A stretch of 63,982 bases of DNA, the filler included, from an uncultured bacterium (GTDB lineage: Bacteria; CAYJOG01), in the NCBI GenBank assembly GCA_964371695.1. It is 7 parts of 7 records of this genome, joined end to end, with 100 filler letters (N's around TTAATTAATTAA, not from the genome) between each part and the next. Parts side by side here need not be neighbours in the genome. Positions count along the whole stretch, not along the records: positions 19,119 to 28,512 come from CAYJOG010000074.1; positions 28,613 to 37,990 come from CAYJOG010000075.1; 5 more parts are not named here. One strand, given 5' to 3'. This document shows, piece by piece, positions 20,723-34,222 of the stretch. How positions within the stretch are numbered: position 1 is the first letter of the stretch; each line of letters starts with the position of its first letter. The notes beneath the pieces were generated by a model that saw only the letters and a list, made by a program, of their open reading frames with translations, searched no databases and was not told the DNA's origin. A program made the position numbers and the translations under genes.

Positions 20723-23700
20723 ATGTTCGTGTTCCGTAAGGAGAGTTTTGTTGCCGTGACCGGAAAAATCCTCTGGCACGTCAAGGCTGGGCCTGTGGCC
20801 CGGCTGATTCTTCTGGCGGCCCTGTTGAGCACCGGTTATGCGCCCATGGTCAGGGCTTCGGAATCCACCTGTCTGGGACTGACGGACATGCCGTTGGTTC
20901 CGGCGGAACTGGACTTTTTTTCTGTGGCGGATGATTCCACCGACAGCAACCAGAACTGGGGCGATTCCGAGGGAATAGTTGGCTCCATGACCTATCACAC
21001 GGTGGCAGGCGGGTATGCTGCGGCCTATGCTTATGGTGGCACTTATGCCACGGCCGTCGCCACCACGCGCAACTGGTTACAGTTTCCGGTGAACATGCCG
21101 GGCCGCCCCGGAGGTCTGGTGGGCACCGGCGGTGTCACCGGCACGGGCAGTGGCAACGGCGCACACCCCAGCCACGGGTCTGACCCCTCTGCCGGGCCGG
21201 GCAACCCCGTCAACCCCACCAACGACCATTACCACAACCAGCAGGGGCGCGGGTTTCCCCCCCTGCTCGACACACTCACCACCAACCCTCGCTATGGCGA
21301 CAACGGCGGGTTTACGCAAATCACCGCCTTGATCGAAAACGCCGGCGGCAAGCCCCCGCTTGAAGATGGCAACCTGGGGGTGGGCACGGTGTCCAAAATC
21401 CCCCCCGACGTGACACAGGACGCCAAGGATCAACAGGTTTATTTCGCCACCGTCAGTTACAGCTTGAACGGCACCACCTGGCAGGCGGCCCGCTTTATGG
21501 ACTCATTTCACTTTGAGCGTCTGATTCATGTGAAGCAGTTCAAGCAATACAGCGGCACCCAGTCCCCGTGGTCATTGCCTTATGGAGCCGCGCTGGGGTC
21601 AGTGAGCTACAACGGCCAGTTGCGCTCGGCCTATGACCCCATCATCGGCGACTCTGACCCCAACTTTGGCGGCGGCGGGCTGGACGACGCCCGCATGCCC
21701 CACCTCACCGAACCCCCCGTGGCCTGCCCCAACGAGGCCCTGCACGCAGCGGACGCCTTTCGCTGGCCCTTTCGCAGCCCGGTGTGCAACGCCCCCTATG
21801 GCGGCGGCGACCCGAACAACCTCACCACCTATCCCAACCGCGTGGGCTGGCCGAGGATCCGCATCAACGGCGTGACCCAGGTTTCGTGCGACCTTTATGG
21901 TGAGAGCAACCCCTTTGGCAACCCCACCCATCCAGCCTGTTCCACCACGGCCACCGTGCCCCCTCCCCGCGGGCAAATCGGTTTTACGCTGAATCCGGAA
22001 ACCGGCTTGGTGGTGCTGAAAAAAGCCATCACCAGCGTGGACATTGTGGACGCGGCTTATTACGTGGAAAACCGCAACGTGTGGACCACCTTCATTTCAG
22101 ACCCCACCGCCGGGTCTCCCAACGAAGTGCAATACATCGTCACCGCCTATGACACCTGCGGCAACACCGTGACGGGCAACCGCGTGGTCAACGGCGAAAC
22201 CCCCAATCTGCAGGATCCCGCCGGCAACGCCAACACAGACCCCTGGGGAGAAGTCACGGACTACAAGGGTGACCGGGTGGACATCAACGAAGACCCTGTG
22301 TTCATCAGCGCGGGCAATCCGCCGGGCATCGGCTGCCCCCGCGCCATGGGGGCGGGCACCGGCAACCAGTGCGGGCCAGAGACCGAAGAGGTGATTGAAC
22401 TCACCCGCGTGCGGGTCACCAGCAACCCCGACGACATGATGTTCATGCTGGAACTCTCGGCGAACACCGACTTTGGCTGTCTGGGTGAGTGGTATCCCAT
22501 CGAGCCGTGCTGGTTTGACCTGTTTGACTGGTTTCCGCCCCAGTCTTCCTGGAAGGAAGCCTGGAAAATCCATGTTTATGTGTTGCGCATAGAAACCTTC
22601 AGCGAAGCCAAGATGAGCGGCGTGCTGTTCATGGTGCCGGGCATCCCCATCCTGGGCAATTTCAATTATTACATCGACTTGGCCGACCTGATTGGCGGCG
22701 CCAGCAAGGCGGGCAAGGTGAGCGCCTCGGCCACAGCCACAGAATGCGCGCCGGCGGTGCCCTGCGACCCGGAGGACTGCGGGCTTGACTGCGACGAAGA
22801 CACCATCATGAACTGCGACGACACCTATCCGGAGTGCGCCGAAAACGACGACGTGATCTGCAACCAGCCCGCTCCACCCGACCCGCTGGAGGGCAACATC
22901 ACCATCGTGCAAGACGGCCCCCAGCTTTATTTCTCACTGGATCGCCTGAACTTCACCGAAAAAGACGGGGCCATTGGAGATTCTTATTACGACATGTTTG
23001 GCGCTACGGTGGTGATGCATGACATCAACGTAGACGGCCTGCTGCAACTTCTGTGCATGTTGGACTACAACTTTGACAAGCTGTTTCAGGACCGCACGGG
23101 CACGTTGCGTTATTTCCCCGGCAACCAGAACGCTCCCACCGCCAACCGGTTTTTCGAGACGGATCTTGCCCGGAAAACCGTCACGTGGCGGCAGGACTTC
23201 ACCGGCCCCAAAGGCATTGTGGATCTCGCGGCGTGTCGGGGCCGCTGCCAGCACGAGAGCGTGCCCCAGAGCAACACGGTTTTCTCTTATGTCAAGGCCC
23301 GTCACCTGATGCTGCGCTGGACCGAGCCGGTCTTCAACGCCAACACCAACCAGACAGAAGTGCAGGACCTTTACGGATACCGCATCTATCGCGCCCCAAA
23401 ACCCAACGGCCCATGGAACCTGCTGGCAGACATCAACCAGGGCAATTCCGACGCCAACCGGGGCGTGAGCACCTATCAGTTCTCTGATGGACGCACCTTT
23501 GGTGAACTGGGACAACCCAATTGCGCGGACGGCAACATCGTGACCGGCCCCGCGCCCGACGGAAACTGCGACAGCGCCACCTATGGTGTGATTCCCACAG
23601 CAGACCTGGACCCCGCCAACTTTGGTCTGCCCAAAGAGTATGTCTACTGTGTGGATGACACGCCCCAGGTAGACCTGGAATCGGGCCTGGGCAACTGCGT

Positions 23701-26700
23701 GGACGACCCCGGCAAATCCATTCAGAGCAACGGCGAGGCGTTCTTTTACAAGGTGGTGTCCTACGACCTTTCCCAGAACGTGTCGTCAGACTCCAACATC
23801 GCTGGCTCGGCGGTGCTCATCAACAACGACCGCCCGGCCCGCCCCCAGAAAATCAGCAACACCCGCGACATGCTGGTGGTGTCCATGCCCGGTGGCGACC
23901 GTTTCAAAATCACCTGGAACCACATCGCCCCCACGCCGGATGTCTGCACCTTCACCATGTGGACTACCCCCAACGACCGCGACGACGACGCCACCATCTG
24001 CGACTTCAACCCGGTGGACAACGACAACGACGGCCAAATCAACGAAGACATCCGCGACGGCGCAGACAACGACAACGACGGTAAATTTGATGAAGACGGC
24101 GTGGAGTTCCTGCACGGCGGTTATTACCTCTACCGGTGTCTCATGCTGGACAACGGCACCCCAGCGGACTTCTCGGACGACACGCCCGACTGCACCAAAC
24201 TCACGCGGCTCATTTATGACAAACGCACCTACACCCTGGCCAGTGCGGCGTGGAAATACCGATGGCGTCCCATCCCCTGGCATCTGGACACCTATCTGGA
24301 TGACAACAAGTTCTACGACGACGACAGCGACAACAACACCACGCTCAACAGCGACGGCATGGACAACAACGCCGACGGCGTGACCGACGATGGTTATGAC
24401 GGCATTGACGAAGACCCCATCGGCGACCGCAACAGCGACGGATGTTCCGGCCTGTGCAACGTGGATGACGACCTGGATGGTTTTATTGACGAAGCCAACC
24501 CGGAGGACGACGACGAAGACGGTCAGGTGAATGAAGACGGTTACCACATCCAGTCGGGCCGCAAGTTTGCCTATGTCATTCGCAGTGTGGACGCCCGTTA
24601 TCACGGCGACCCCACCCATGCGGGCCTGCCCTATGTCTATGAAATATTCTCGCAGCCGGAACTTACCGCCAGCATCGCCCTTTATGGCGCACAGCCCGTC
24701 TGGGGCACCACGGCAGACGACGACGCCGATAACCCCAGCCGCCGCAACAACTCACGCGATGACGACAGCGACGGCTTGACAGACGAGGAATACGACGAAA
24801 TCACCGGCCTGGAGGTGACCGGCTTTGCCGATGACGGATTCCCCGAACCCGGCGAAGAAGGCACCGATGAAGACAACATCGAGGCCGGTGGCTCCACGGC
24901 GCAGTTAGACAACGACACCGACCTGCCCGCCGCCAAAAAATCCGAAGACAAGGGCGACATCGGCGACCCCAACGACCCCATCATGAACCCGCCCGCCTGC
25001 GAAGAAAGCGGCGCGGCGCTGGTGGACAACGATTTTGACGGAGACTATGACGAAGACCCGGTGGACACACTGGACAACGACAACGATGGCCTCACCGACG
25101 AAGACGGCCCCAACGATATTTTCACCCTCACCGGGGGCTACGTGGGCAACTGTTCTTCGCTGCTGGAGGCCATTGACACTGCCCCCGCAGGGGGCGACCC
25201 CAACCGCATCACCATGGCCACGCTCAGCGACACCAACGATCCCCCCATGGTTTCGGGCGTAAAAATAGCGGGTGACCTCAGCAATTCGGGGCGCACCCTG
25301 ACCCTGAGCTGGGATCCCATCGATCTCACGGTGGAGCCGTTCTTCAAATATTTCGAAGTCCATCTCTCGCGCAATCATTGTGGTTACAACGAAGATGGGG
25401 ATCCCCCCATCAACAACGACCTCGCCTTCAACGATGTCCTTTTTGACGAAGACCCGCCCGGGGACTTCAACGGCGACGGCAAACCTGGGTTTGGCGACGT
25501 GGACGACGACGGCGACGGAAAGATAGACGAAGACGCCGCAGGCAAGTTGCCCACCGACCCCGCCTATGTTCCCATCCCCAACGATGACGACGAAGACGGC
25601 CGGGTGGACGAAGACGGCAACGAGTCCCTGGACGAAGACCTCGTGGACGGCGTGGACAACGACGGCGACGGCATGGTGGATGAAGATGGGTGTTCCAACA
25701 ACGCCATTGCCGGCCCGTTTACCTGTATACAGGACGACCCCGCAGCGGCGGGTTCTCCCTGCATGAAGATTTGTGAGGTGCATGACCCGGCCCTGTCACC
25801 TTCCTTTTATGTCGCCCGCCCGGCAGGCAGCCCCCTGGATTGCCGCAACAACTACCAGACCAGCGACGAACAGGTGTCCTTTGAGATCAACAACCTGCAA
25901 CCGGGCGTGACCTATTTCTTCAAGGTGCGGGCCGTGGACTTGGCGGGGAACAAGGGCCCGCTCAGCGTGGTGGCCACCAATAACCCGGTGGACAACAAGG
26001 TGCCCACCGATCCGCTCAAGCCCCAGGTGTTGCCGGTGGCCGAAGGCACCAAGCTGCGGGTCATCTGGCAACCCCCCGTGGTGAATGACTTCGACATTGA
26101 AACCTACAACCTCTACCGGGGTCTGGACACGGGGGGCGGGCCTTCCAACGCCACCTTTACCAAAATCAATGTCGCACCCATTCCGGCCTGCAACCTGGGC
26201 AACGAGCCACCCACGGGCTGCCCCTGCTCTTCGGCTCAGGCGGGTGTGCCCGGTTATAACCCCATGTGCCAGTTCGACACCATCGACATGCAGGACACCG
26301 GCCTGCAGGACGGCAAAACCTATTACTACAAACTCACCACCATGGACAAGAACAGCAACGAAGGGGCTTTCAGCGCCATCACGTTGCCGGGAGACTGTGA
26401 CGGCACGCTGCCCAATGCCTGCGGGGTGCCCACCGACATCACCCCCACCAGCGCCCCTGTGTTTACCTACAACAACAACAAAACGGGGTCTGAAAAACTG
26501 GACCTTGAGGGTGGCGTAAAAAGCGAGAACCACGGCGGCGGCTCCCTCACGATCACCTGGGTGAGCAACAAAACCCGCTTGCAGGATTTGAACCTTTTCA
26601 GTTCCAGCACGGAGTCTGATCTGGTGGGTTATTTCGTGGAGCGGCAGGATGACCCGCCAGCAGGGGCCTATACCCGGCTGGACGCGGACCCCGAAGCTGC

Positions 26701-28512
26701 GGGGGTGAATTCCTATCCTGAGTTCAACTGCATTGACGGCCTGTGCAAGTTTGTGGACACCGGCTTGGTGGACGGCAAAACCTATAACTACCGCGTGGTG
26801 GCGATTGATGACGCCCCTGTTCCGAACGAGTCAGTCTCCACCACACAATCCGGCGCACCGGCCAATATTGCCCCACCGGCCACGCCCACCGGCATGACCC
26901 TCACGGCGCTTTCTGGGGCACGCATTGGTGTGGGGTGGTTTGCCAACAAAGAACTGGATTTGGCCGGTTATCGCATCTATTACTCCAGCACCGGCCTGGG
27001 TGGGTCGTTCCAGAAAATCGGCGAGGTTTCTCCTTCTGTCCTCACTTTCACCGACACCACCGCCACGCTCAACCTGCAACCCCGTTATTACCAGATTTCC
27101 GCTTTTGACACCCAGGGCAACGAGTCTGAACGCACCGACGTGGCTTCCATCGTGGCCACCGACGCAGACACCTCCTCTCCCAGCCCGCCACTCAATTTCC
27201 GCGCCATCTCCGGGCCGAACACCACCGACCCCATCGTCATCCAGCGAGCCGATCCAAAGGCGGCGAAGCTCATCTGGTACATCAACACCGAACCAGACCT
27301 GACCAAATACCGCATTGTCCGCTCCGACACCGGCAAGTTTGGCGTCTACAGCCAGCTCAAAGAAGAACCCACGGCAACTTTCTGCAAAGTGGCCGACACA
27401 CCCCAGTGCTCCTATCACGACAAGAACCTCACCGCAGGCGTCACCTACTGGTACGCCATCCTGCCCATCGACACCACGGGCAACGTGCTCACGCTGGACC
27501 CGGAAAACGCCCAGCCCGCCATTCCGCAAGACAACGCCGACACCAAAAAACCAAACGTGCCCATGCGCCCAAAAAACGCCGTGATCTCGCCAGAGGGCAA
27601 AGTGGTGCGGGTGGTGTGGACACCTTTAAAAGCTGCTGTTGCCGCCGATGAAGCCGCGGACCTCGCCGGTTATCTCATCTACCGCGACACCAATCCCAAC
27701 AATCCAAAAGCCACTGACTGGCTCACCACACCGCCCGCCGAAAAAGACAAAGCCACGCTCTTCCCAGCAAGCACCGTCATCGCCACCCTTGCCCCCAATC
27801 AGCTTGCGTACACCGACTGGGTAGACACCACCCAGGCCTGCACGCTGGACAGCCAGTGTGTGGTGGACCCGGCCAATGCCGCCGTGGCGGTGTGTGATCA
27901 GGTCAACAAACGCTGCCGCACCTCCAACACCGCCTATTTCGATGACGCCTCGGTCAACAACGGCACCACCTATTTTTATGCCGTGGCCGGATATGACGTG
28001 AACGGCAACATCGGTCACCAGTTCGACAACAGCGCGACGCACAAAATTGACCGCTCCCAGTCGGGCCGCCCCAAAGACACCGGCGCACCCTTGCCCCCCT
28101 CCGGTCTGGGGCCCACGCCATTGCTCAACGACCCCCACGCCATCAACATCACATGGTCTCTGGCGCCAGCCACCCGGTCCCTCACCCAACCGCCCTTCAA
28201 CCCGCCTGCACCCGATACGGACGGTGACGGCTTCCCCGATCTGATGGAAGAAAATTATCGGGGAGACAAGACTTTCGCCAGCCTGATGCCCACACTGCCG
28301 TCCACGGTCAATGGTGATTACAGCTTTGCCGGGTTGACGCTGGTGCGCGCCAATTCCAAAGAAGGCCCCTGGGTGGCCATTGACTCCAATCCCTCCACGC
28401 TGCCCATTGATCCCTTCATGACCCAAACTTCTTACACCGACACCAATCTCGTGAGCGGCCAGAACTATTGTTACCGGATTTACAGCACCGACACTGCGGG
28501 GCTCACCAGCAC
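20723..28512 (+). CDS. Giant secreted FN3-repeat protein with Asp-rich DxDxDGxxDED inserts, 3' truncated (more than 2590 aa)
   Basis: Signal-like segment 'ARLILLAALLSTGYAPMVRA'; repeated FN3 signatures (LxW..DLxGYxIYR..YYYxVxAxDxxGNES); many DNDNDG/DED repeats. Confidence 0.88.
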
Positions 28513-28612
28513 NNNNNNNNNNNNNNNNNNNNNNNNNNNNNNNNNNNNNNNNNNNNTTAATTAATTAANNNNNNNNNNNNNNNNNNNNNNNNNNNNNNNN
28601 NNNNNNNNNNNN
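28513..28612. other. Artificial contig linker
   Basis: N44-TTAATTAATTAA-N44. Confidence 0.97.
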
Positions 28613-28613
28613 C

Positions 28614-28697
28614 GACCTCGCTGACCGGCCCTGCTGGTTTCAGGTTTCACTGGATGGCGGCAAAACGGGTTATGTGGCCTGCGAGTTTTTGAAGTAG
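28614..28697 (+). CDS. 3' fragment of an SH3-domain protein
   Basis: Translates 'WFQVSLDGGKTGYVACEFLK*', matching the bacterial SH3 C-terminal motif WxxV..GxxGYV. Confidence 0.55.
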   Translation, partial: DLADRPCWFQVSLDGGKTGYVACEFLK

Positions 28698-28707
28698 CAG
28701 GGTTCCC

Positions 28708-30054
28708 CTACCCCGGCGGCGAGAGCGGCAGCACCAGACGGCACAGGCCGCCCCCCTCGCGGGCGTTTTCCAGAAACAGTTCTCCGCCGTGCAGGTTCAG
28801 CACTTCGCGCACCATGGCCAGGCCGGTGAGCGGCGTGTCGGGCGTGTCCTGGTGTTTCAGAAAACGGTCGTGCAGCACCTCTTTGATTTCAAGACCAAAA
28901 CCCACGCCGTCATCGGTCACCGAAATCATCACCAGATCAGCCCAGTCGGCCTGCCGCTGATCGGCCCACATACGCACACCCGCCCCCAGGCTGGCCCCGT
29001 GCCCCGCCGCCATGCTCACCGACACTTTCACCAGCCCACCCTGGCGGGCGTGGGCGACAGCGTTCCCCAGCACTTCTCCCAGTGCCATCAGCAGGCGGTC
29101 CTTGTCCATCTCGCCGGTGGTGTCCGGCTCCAGATCGATGGTGCTGCGCAGTGTCACCTGACGATCCTGCGCACGGGGGTGGGCTGCCTTGAGCGCCTCG
29201 GCCACCAGTTGGCTCACCAGCACTGGCTGGGGATTGAGATGAAACCCCGGCGAGGACATGCGGCTGATGGCCTTCAGGTTGTCCACCAGTTCCACCAGTT
29301 TGTCGGTGTTGCGCAGAGCCACCTCCAGACCATGCCGCTGCTTGGCCGAGAGCGGGCCGAACTGGCCCCGCAGAATCAGTTCCAGCCAGCCGCGGATCAT
29401 CACCATGGGCGAGCGCAGTTCGTGAGAAAGATGCGAGAGAAAATCGCCCTTGCGGCGGTCGTGCAGGCGCGCCGCCTCAAAAGCCGCCTCGGCGCTTTTC
29501 AGGCCGTCGGTGAGTTGCTTGAAGTCTTCCAGCGAGCGCGCCGCCACGGCGGCCATGCTGGCGAACGACCCCAGGAGCCGCAGGGTTTCGTCGTCCATCA
29601 CCCGGGGCGTGGACTGATACAGCTCCACCGTGCCAATCACCTTGCCCGCGATGATCATGGGCGCCCCCACAAACGAAAACAGGCCGTGCCGCTGCGCCGC
29701 CTCTTTGAACCGGAAACTCTCTTCGAGCAGCACGTTGCCCACCTGCAAGGGCTGGGCCGTGCGCTGGATGCGCCCGCTGAGCGATTCTCCTTCGGCAATC
29801 TTGCCGCTCATTTCCCGCACCAGTTCCGCCGCCACGCCGGCGCTGGCAATCACCACCCAGCGGCCATCCACCCACATGCCCACGGCCACGCCGTCCGCGC
29901 CAAAAAGCTCTTTGACGCGCCGGGCGATGTGTTCAAAAAAACTGCGGGCGTCGCGGCGCGAGACAAGCTCCTCGAACATGTCCTGAATCGCGTCGATGTA
30001 TGCCTGCGGTTGCAGGCTGAGGGAAAGCACCGGGGGTTCAAAGGGAGGGGACAT
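28708..30054 (-). CDS. GAF-domain sensor histidine kinase
   Basis: GAF region, H-box 'FLSHLSHELRSP', N-box 'LGNAV', G1 'DDGVG' and 'LHGGEL'. Confidence 0.9.
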   Translation of the reverse strand: MSPPFEPPVLSLSLQPQAYIDAIQDMFEELVSRRDARSFFEHIARRVKELFGADGVAVGMWVDGRWVVIASAGVAAELVREMSGKIAEGESLSGRIQRTAQPLQVGNVLLEESFRFKEAAQRHGLFSFVGAPMIIAGKVIGTVELYQSTPRVMDDETLRLLGSFASMAAVAARSLEDFKQLTDGLKSAEAAFEAARLHDRRKGDFLSHLSHELRSPMVMIRGWLELILRGQFGPLSAKQRHGLEVALRNTDKLVELVDNLKAISRMSSPGFHLNPQPVLVSQLVAEALKAAHPRAQDRQVTLRSTIDLEPDTTGEMDKDRLLMALGEVLGNAVAHARQGGLVKVSVSMAAGHGASLGAGVRMWADQRQADWADLVMISVTDDGVGFGLEIKEVLHDRFLKHQDTPDTPLTGLAMVREVLNLHGGELFLENAREGGGLCRLVLPLSPPG

Positions 30055-30074
30055 GGCAGGGTGAAGAACGGTAT

Positions 30075-33000
30075 TCAGGGCGCGCTGAGGCTCAGGGCCG
30101 ATTCTGCGAAAATCCAGAATCCGCTGAGCCAGTTCATGGGTGCGTTTTCATCGTAACCTGACCCGTTGAAACTGAACAGGCCGCTCACCAGCCCCTGCTG
30201 CATGGCCTGGGCCAGCGGCATGACGTTTACGCCCTGCTGCACGTTGAGGTTTTCGGAGCTGAGGCCCGCCCCCTGACCGAGTTAGGAAAAAGCCGCCAGG
30301 TTCCAGCCCGGCGCAAGCGCCACGGTTTTGGCCACCAGCTCGGCGGGCAGGTCCACATGCACCGTGCCGCCCTGGGGCAGGAGCACAAAATATCCCCGGC
30401 TGGCCTGGGCCATGCCGCCGGGCACGGTGTAGCCGGTGAGGGGGTCATAAGCCAGCACCCAGGCCCCTGGCCCCAGTTCCACACCCAACTGGGCCAAAGA
30501 GGTCTCCCCCAGGCTCACCAGATTCCAGCCCGCCGACAGCGCCAGTGTTGTGTCGCCGGTGAGCACCTCCCGCAGCAGCAGATAGGGCACGGTGGTGACG
30601 TTTCCTGCTTCGTCGGTCACCTCAATGGGGCTGTCCACCTGAGACTGGGGCAGCACCACGTCCAGTTCCGCCACGCCCGCCGTCACCGTGGCGCTCTTTG
30701 AAAGATACGTCACCCGTGTGCAGCCCTCGCAGGTCACCGACACGCGCACCACCCCCGCCCCCACCATGGAGCCGCTGGCGGGCGACACCGCCAGCACCGC
30801 CGGGGGAGTGTTGTCCACAGCAAACACCACCGGCAGAGCTGCCTGATTTCCCAAGGTGTCGGTGAGCAAAAGTGAGGTGTTCACCGCCAGCACGTCCGGC
30901 GGCAGCGGCAGGTTGAAAATGCCACTGGTGCCGGTGGTGGTCAGGCCATACAACCAGCTCAGGGTGGCCCCGGCCTCGGTTTGTCCCGTGAGGGTCACCG
31001 GCCCCTTCACCACCGCGCCAAAACCGGGCGACAGACTGCCCAGGGCGGGGGGTTGTGTGTCCCGCGTGATGGCCAGTGTCTGAGCCGGGGGCGTGGCCGC
31101 GCCGGTGGTGACGGGGATGAGATTGGCGCCCTCCTGCAACACCACACTGGCCGAGAACAACCACACGGTCACACCGGGGCAGGGGTCTGGCGCGCACTGG
31201 TCGGTGGGCGTCACCTGGGCGGCGAGCGCGGGCGCGCCGCCAATGGCAAAGGCCGGGTCCACCCCCACCCCCACGGCCACCGCCATCACCACCACGCTGC
31301 TGGCGCTGGTGGCGGCGGGTTGAGAAGNNNNNNNNNNCGTGGGTGTGTTGCCGCTGGAAAGGCGCAACACGGTGAGGGGAACGGGCAGTTTGTTCCCGGC
31401 GGTGTCCCTGGCCGTGACCGTGAACTGGTTCAGCCCCTCGGCCACCGGCAGAGAAAGATTGGCCTGCCCCCCCACCACGGCGAACAACAATCCCCCCGCC
31501 TCCACCTGTGTCGCACCCTCGGCAAAAACCGTGAGTGGCAGGGGACTGTTGCGGGTGGTGAGCGCCTGGGGCAGGGGCTGGGTAAACGTGGGGGCGGTGG
31601 TGTCCAGCGTCACCTGCCGGGTGATGAGCGTGACGTTGCCTGCCGCATCATGGGCCGCCACCGAAATCGTGTTGGGGCCTTCCGCCAGGGTTTTGCTCAG
31701 GCTGAACTGACCGCCCGACAGGCTGGCCACCACCCCCCCCACTGTCACCAGAGACGCATCGGTGAGGCCCGACACCACCAGCGCAGCCTGATTGGTGGTC
31801 ATGTCCGTGGCGGGTGTGTTCAGCACCAGCATGGGGGGCGTGTTGTCTTTGATCACCGTGAGCGGCAACGTGGCGACGTTGCCCGCTTTATCCGTGGCGA
31901 TCACATCCAGCACATTGCCGCCCGCCACCAGCGTGGCGGTGTAGAGGAACTGCCCCGCCGCCAGCGTGGCGGGCGCGCCGCCCACCGTGAGGGAAAGCAG
32001 GTTGTCCTCCTGCACCGTGCCGCTCACCAGAACGGTGTCGTTGCGCGTGGCGGCGGGCACGGTCCCCAGGGTGAGCACCGGGGGGTCGGGGTCCACGATA
32101 AACGTCCAGTCTTCAAAGGTTTCGTTGCCCCATTCGTCGCGCACCGTCAGTTCGGCCCGGCTCTGGCCCTTGGGCAGGGGGCCGCCGGGCGCGCAGGTGA
32201 GCAGATCGCCGGTTTGCAGCAGCGGCCCGCAACTCTCGCCATTCACCAGCAACACCGAGGCAGAAAAATCCACGGCGCTGAAGGCGTCCGTCACCCTGGC
32301 CCCCACGGTGGTCGAAAGCGACGCGGCAAATCCCCCCAGGGGTGGATAAAACGTGGGCAGCGCCGGACCCTGATTGTCCCAGGCCACGGCCACGGTCTGC
32401 TGGGTGGTATTGCCCACCGGGTCTGTGAGCTGCACCGAAAGCTGGTTGCCACCGGGGGCCAGCGTGACGGGGTGGGTGAACGCCCCCGGCAGCGAGGTGA
32501 CCGGCACACCGTTGATGCTGAGGCTCACACCGTTGGTGTCGCTGAGTGAACCGGCCAGGATGAGGCCGCTTTCTCCCACCACGGCGGGCACGGGGTTCAG
32601 GGTCAGTTCGGGGGCCGTGCTGTCCAGCGTGAAAAACACGTCCTGGGTGGTGGTGTTGCCGGTGCGGTCCTTGAGCGTGGCGCGCAACTGATACAACCCG
32701 TCGCTGGCTGGCCCTGCCGGGATGGGCGTGCCCAGCGTGAGGCGCAGCACACCACCGAACTGGCCCAGCACCGAGCCGCTCAGGGGCGCTCCCTCCCGCA
32801 ACAGACTCAGGGAACTGGTCCCCAGGTCCACACCGCTGCGGTCGTCCTGGGCGCTCAGCACATACACACTGCGCTCCTTGCTCAGGGAGTTGTTCACCGG
32901 CAGCGACGAAACAAACGTGGGGGGCAGGCTGTCCTGCATCAGCAGGTTCAGGGCCGCGAGCGCGTCCAGGCGTCCATAACCATAATTGTTGTCCACACCC

Positions 33001-34190
33001 GCCTCGCCCAGGTCCACGGCGCCCTGTTTGAGAATCGTCATCAGGGTGTCCACCGGCAGGCTGGGGTTGAGCGAGCGCAGCAGCGCCGCCACCGCCGCCA
33101 CCAGGGGCGCGGCAAAACTGGTGCCCTGGCGGTGAATCACCTGACCGCTCATGTCAATGCCCGCAATCTCCACACCGGGGGCCATCAGGTCCAGCGCCGG
33201 GCCACGGTTGGACCACACCACACGCTGGGTGGAATCACTCAACGCCCCCACCGCCAGCACCTCGTCATAGGCGGCGGGATACTCCACCGCCAGAGGGTTG
33301 CCGTTGGCGTCTCCATTGCCCGCGCTGGCGACCAGCACCACGCCGCTGGCCTTGGCGTTCTGCACGGCTTCTTCCAGCGCGGTGTCGGGCAGCAGTTGAC
33401 CCAGGCTCATGTTGATGACCCTGGCCCCCCGACCCACGGCATAGGCCAGACCGGCGATGATGTCCTCGGCGCTGCCCGCGCCGTTGCTGCCCAGCACCTT
33501 CACCGGCAGCAGCTTCACACCCGGCCCCGCGCCGCTCCCCCCCGCTGCGCCCGCCACACCCACACCGTTGTTGCGCAGGGCGGCCGCCACACCGGCCACG
33601 AAGGTGCCGTGGCCGTCGTCGTCGGTGGGGTCGTTGTCGTTGCTTACAAAGTCCCAGCCCACAAAATCATCCACCCGGCCGTTGTTGTCGTCGTCCACGC
33701 CGTTACTGGCCGACTCCGCCGCATTCAGCGCCAGCACACCCGCAAAATCCTGAAGGTTCAGATTCAGACCCGTGTCCAGCACCGCCACCACCACGTCGCT
33801 CGCGCCGGTGGTGGTGTCCCACAGGGCGGGCAGGTTCACGGCGGGCAGCGCCCACTGATCGGCATAGGACGGGTCGTTAGGAACAGCATGGGCGCGATAG
33901 ATGTAATTGGGCTGCGCCACTTCCACGCCGCTGGTCTGACGCAGGCGGGCCAGGGCCTGATCCATGGTTTCGCCGGGTTCTGGCAACACCTTGACCCAGC
34001 GGGGCAGCGCGTCTGCCTTCAGACGCCTGGCCGAGGCCCCCAACGAAGACGCCGCCCGCCCCGGCCTGAGACGCACCAGGATTTCACCGGTGTTCCCGGC
34101 CAGTTCCGCCGCCCGTGCGCCACCCAACCCCAGCAAACCAAAAAGGCAGCAACAAACCCCCACCTTCATCAGGCGCACAGGCGAGACCAC
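30075..34190 (-). CDS. Secreted S8 subtilisin-like protease with Ig-like repeats; in-frame TAA at 30282-30284 near the C-terminus
   Basis: Catalytic motifs VLDTG, HGTFVAG and GTSFAAP; DxAGN Ig-like repeats. The frame continues 68 codons past the TAA to TGA at 30075. A 10-N gap lies at 31328-31337. Confidence 0.88.
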
Positions 34191-34222
34191 GTTGTCTTTA
34201 TTATAAGGACAAGGGCGGCAAA

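Noticed and set aside
24000-25700. Short recurring GACGAAGAC/GACAACGAC repeats resembling an array
   Set aside because: These are coding repeats of Asp-rich motifs in an open frame; there is no constant repeat-spacer period and no cas genes, so not CRISPR.
30282-30284. Stop-codon reassignment or recoding
   Set aside because: Single instance; TAA terminates several clear genes here (for example bcp and rpsT), so the standard code holds.
31328-31337. 10-N gap in the S8 protease gene
   Set aside because: Scaffolding gap of nominal length; apparent frame continuity across it is not evidence.
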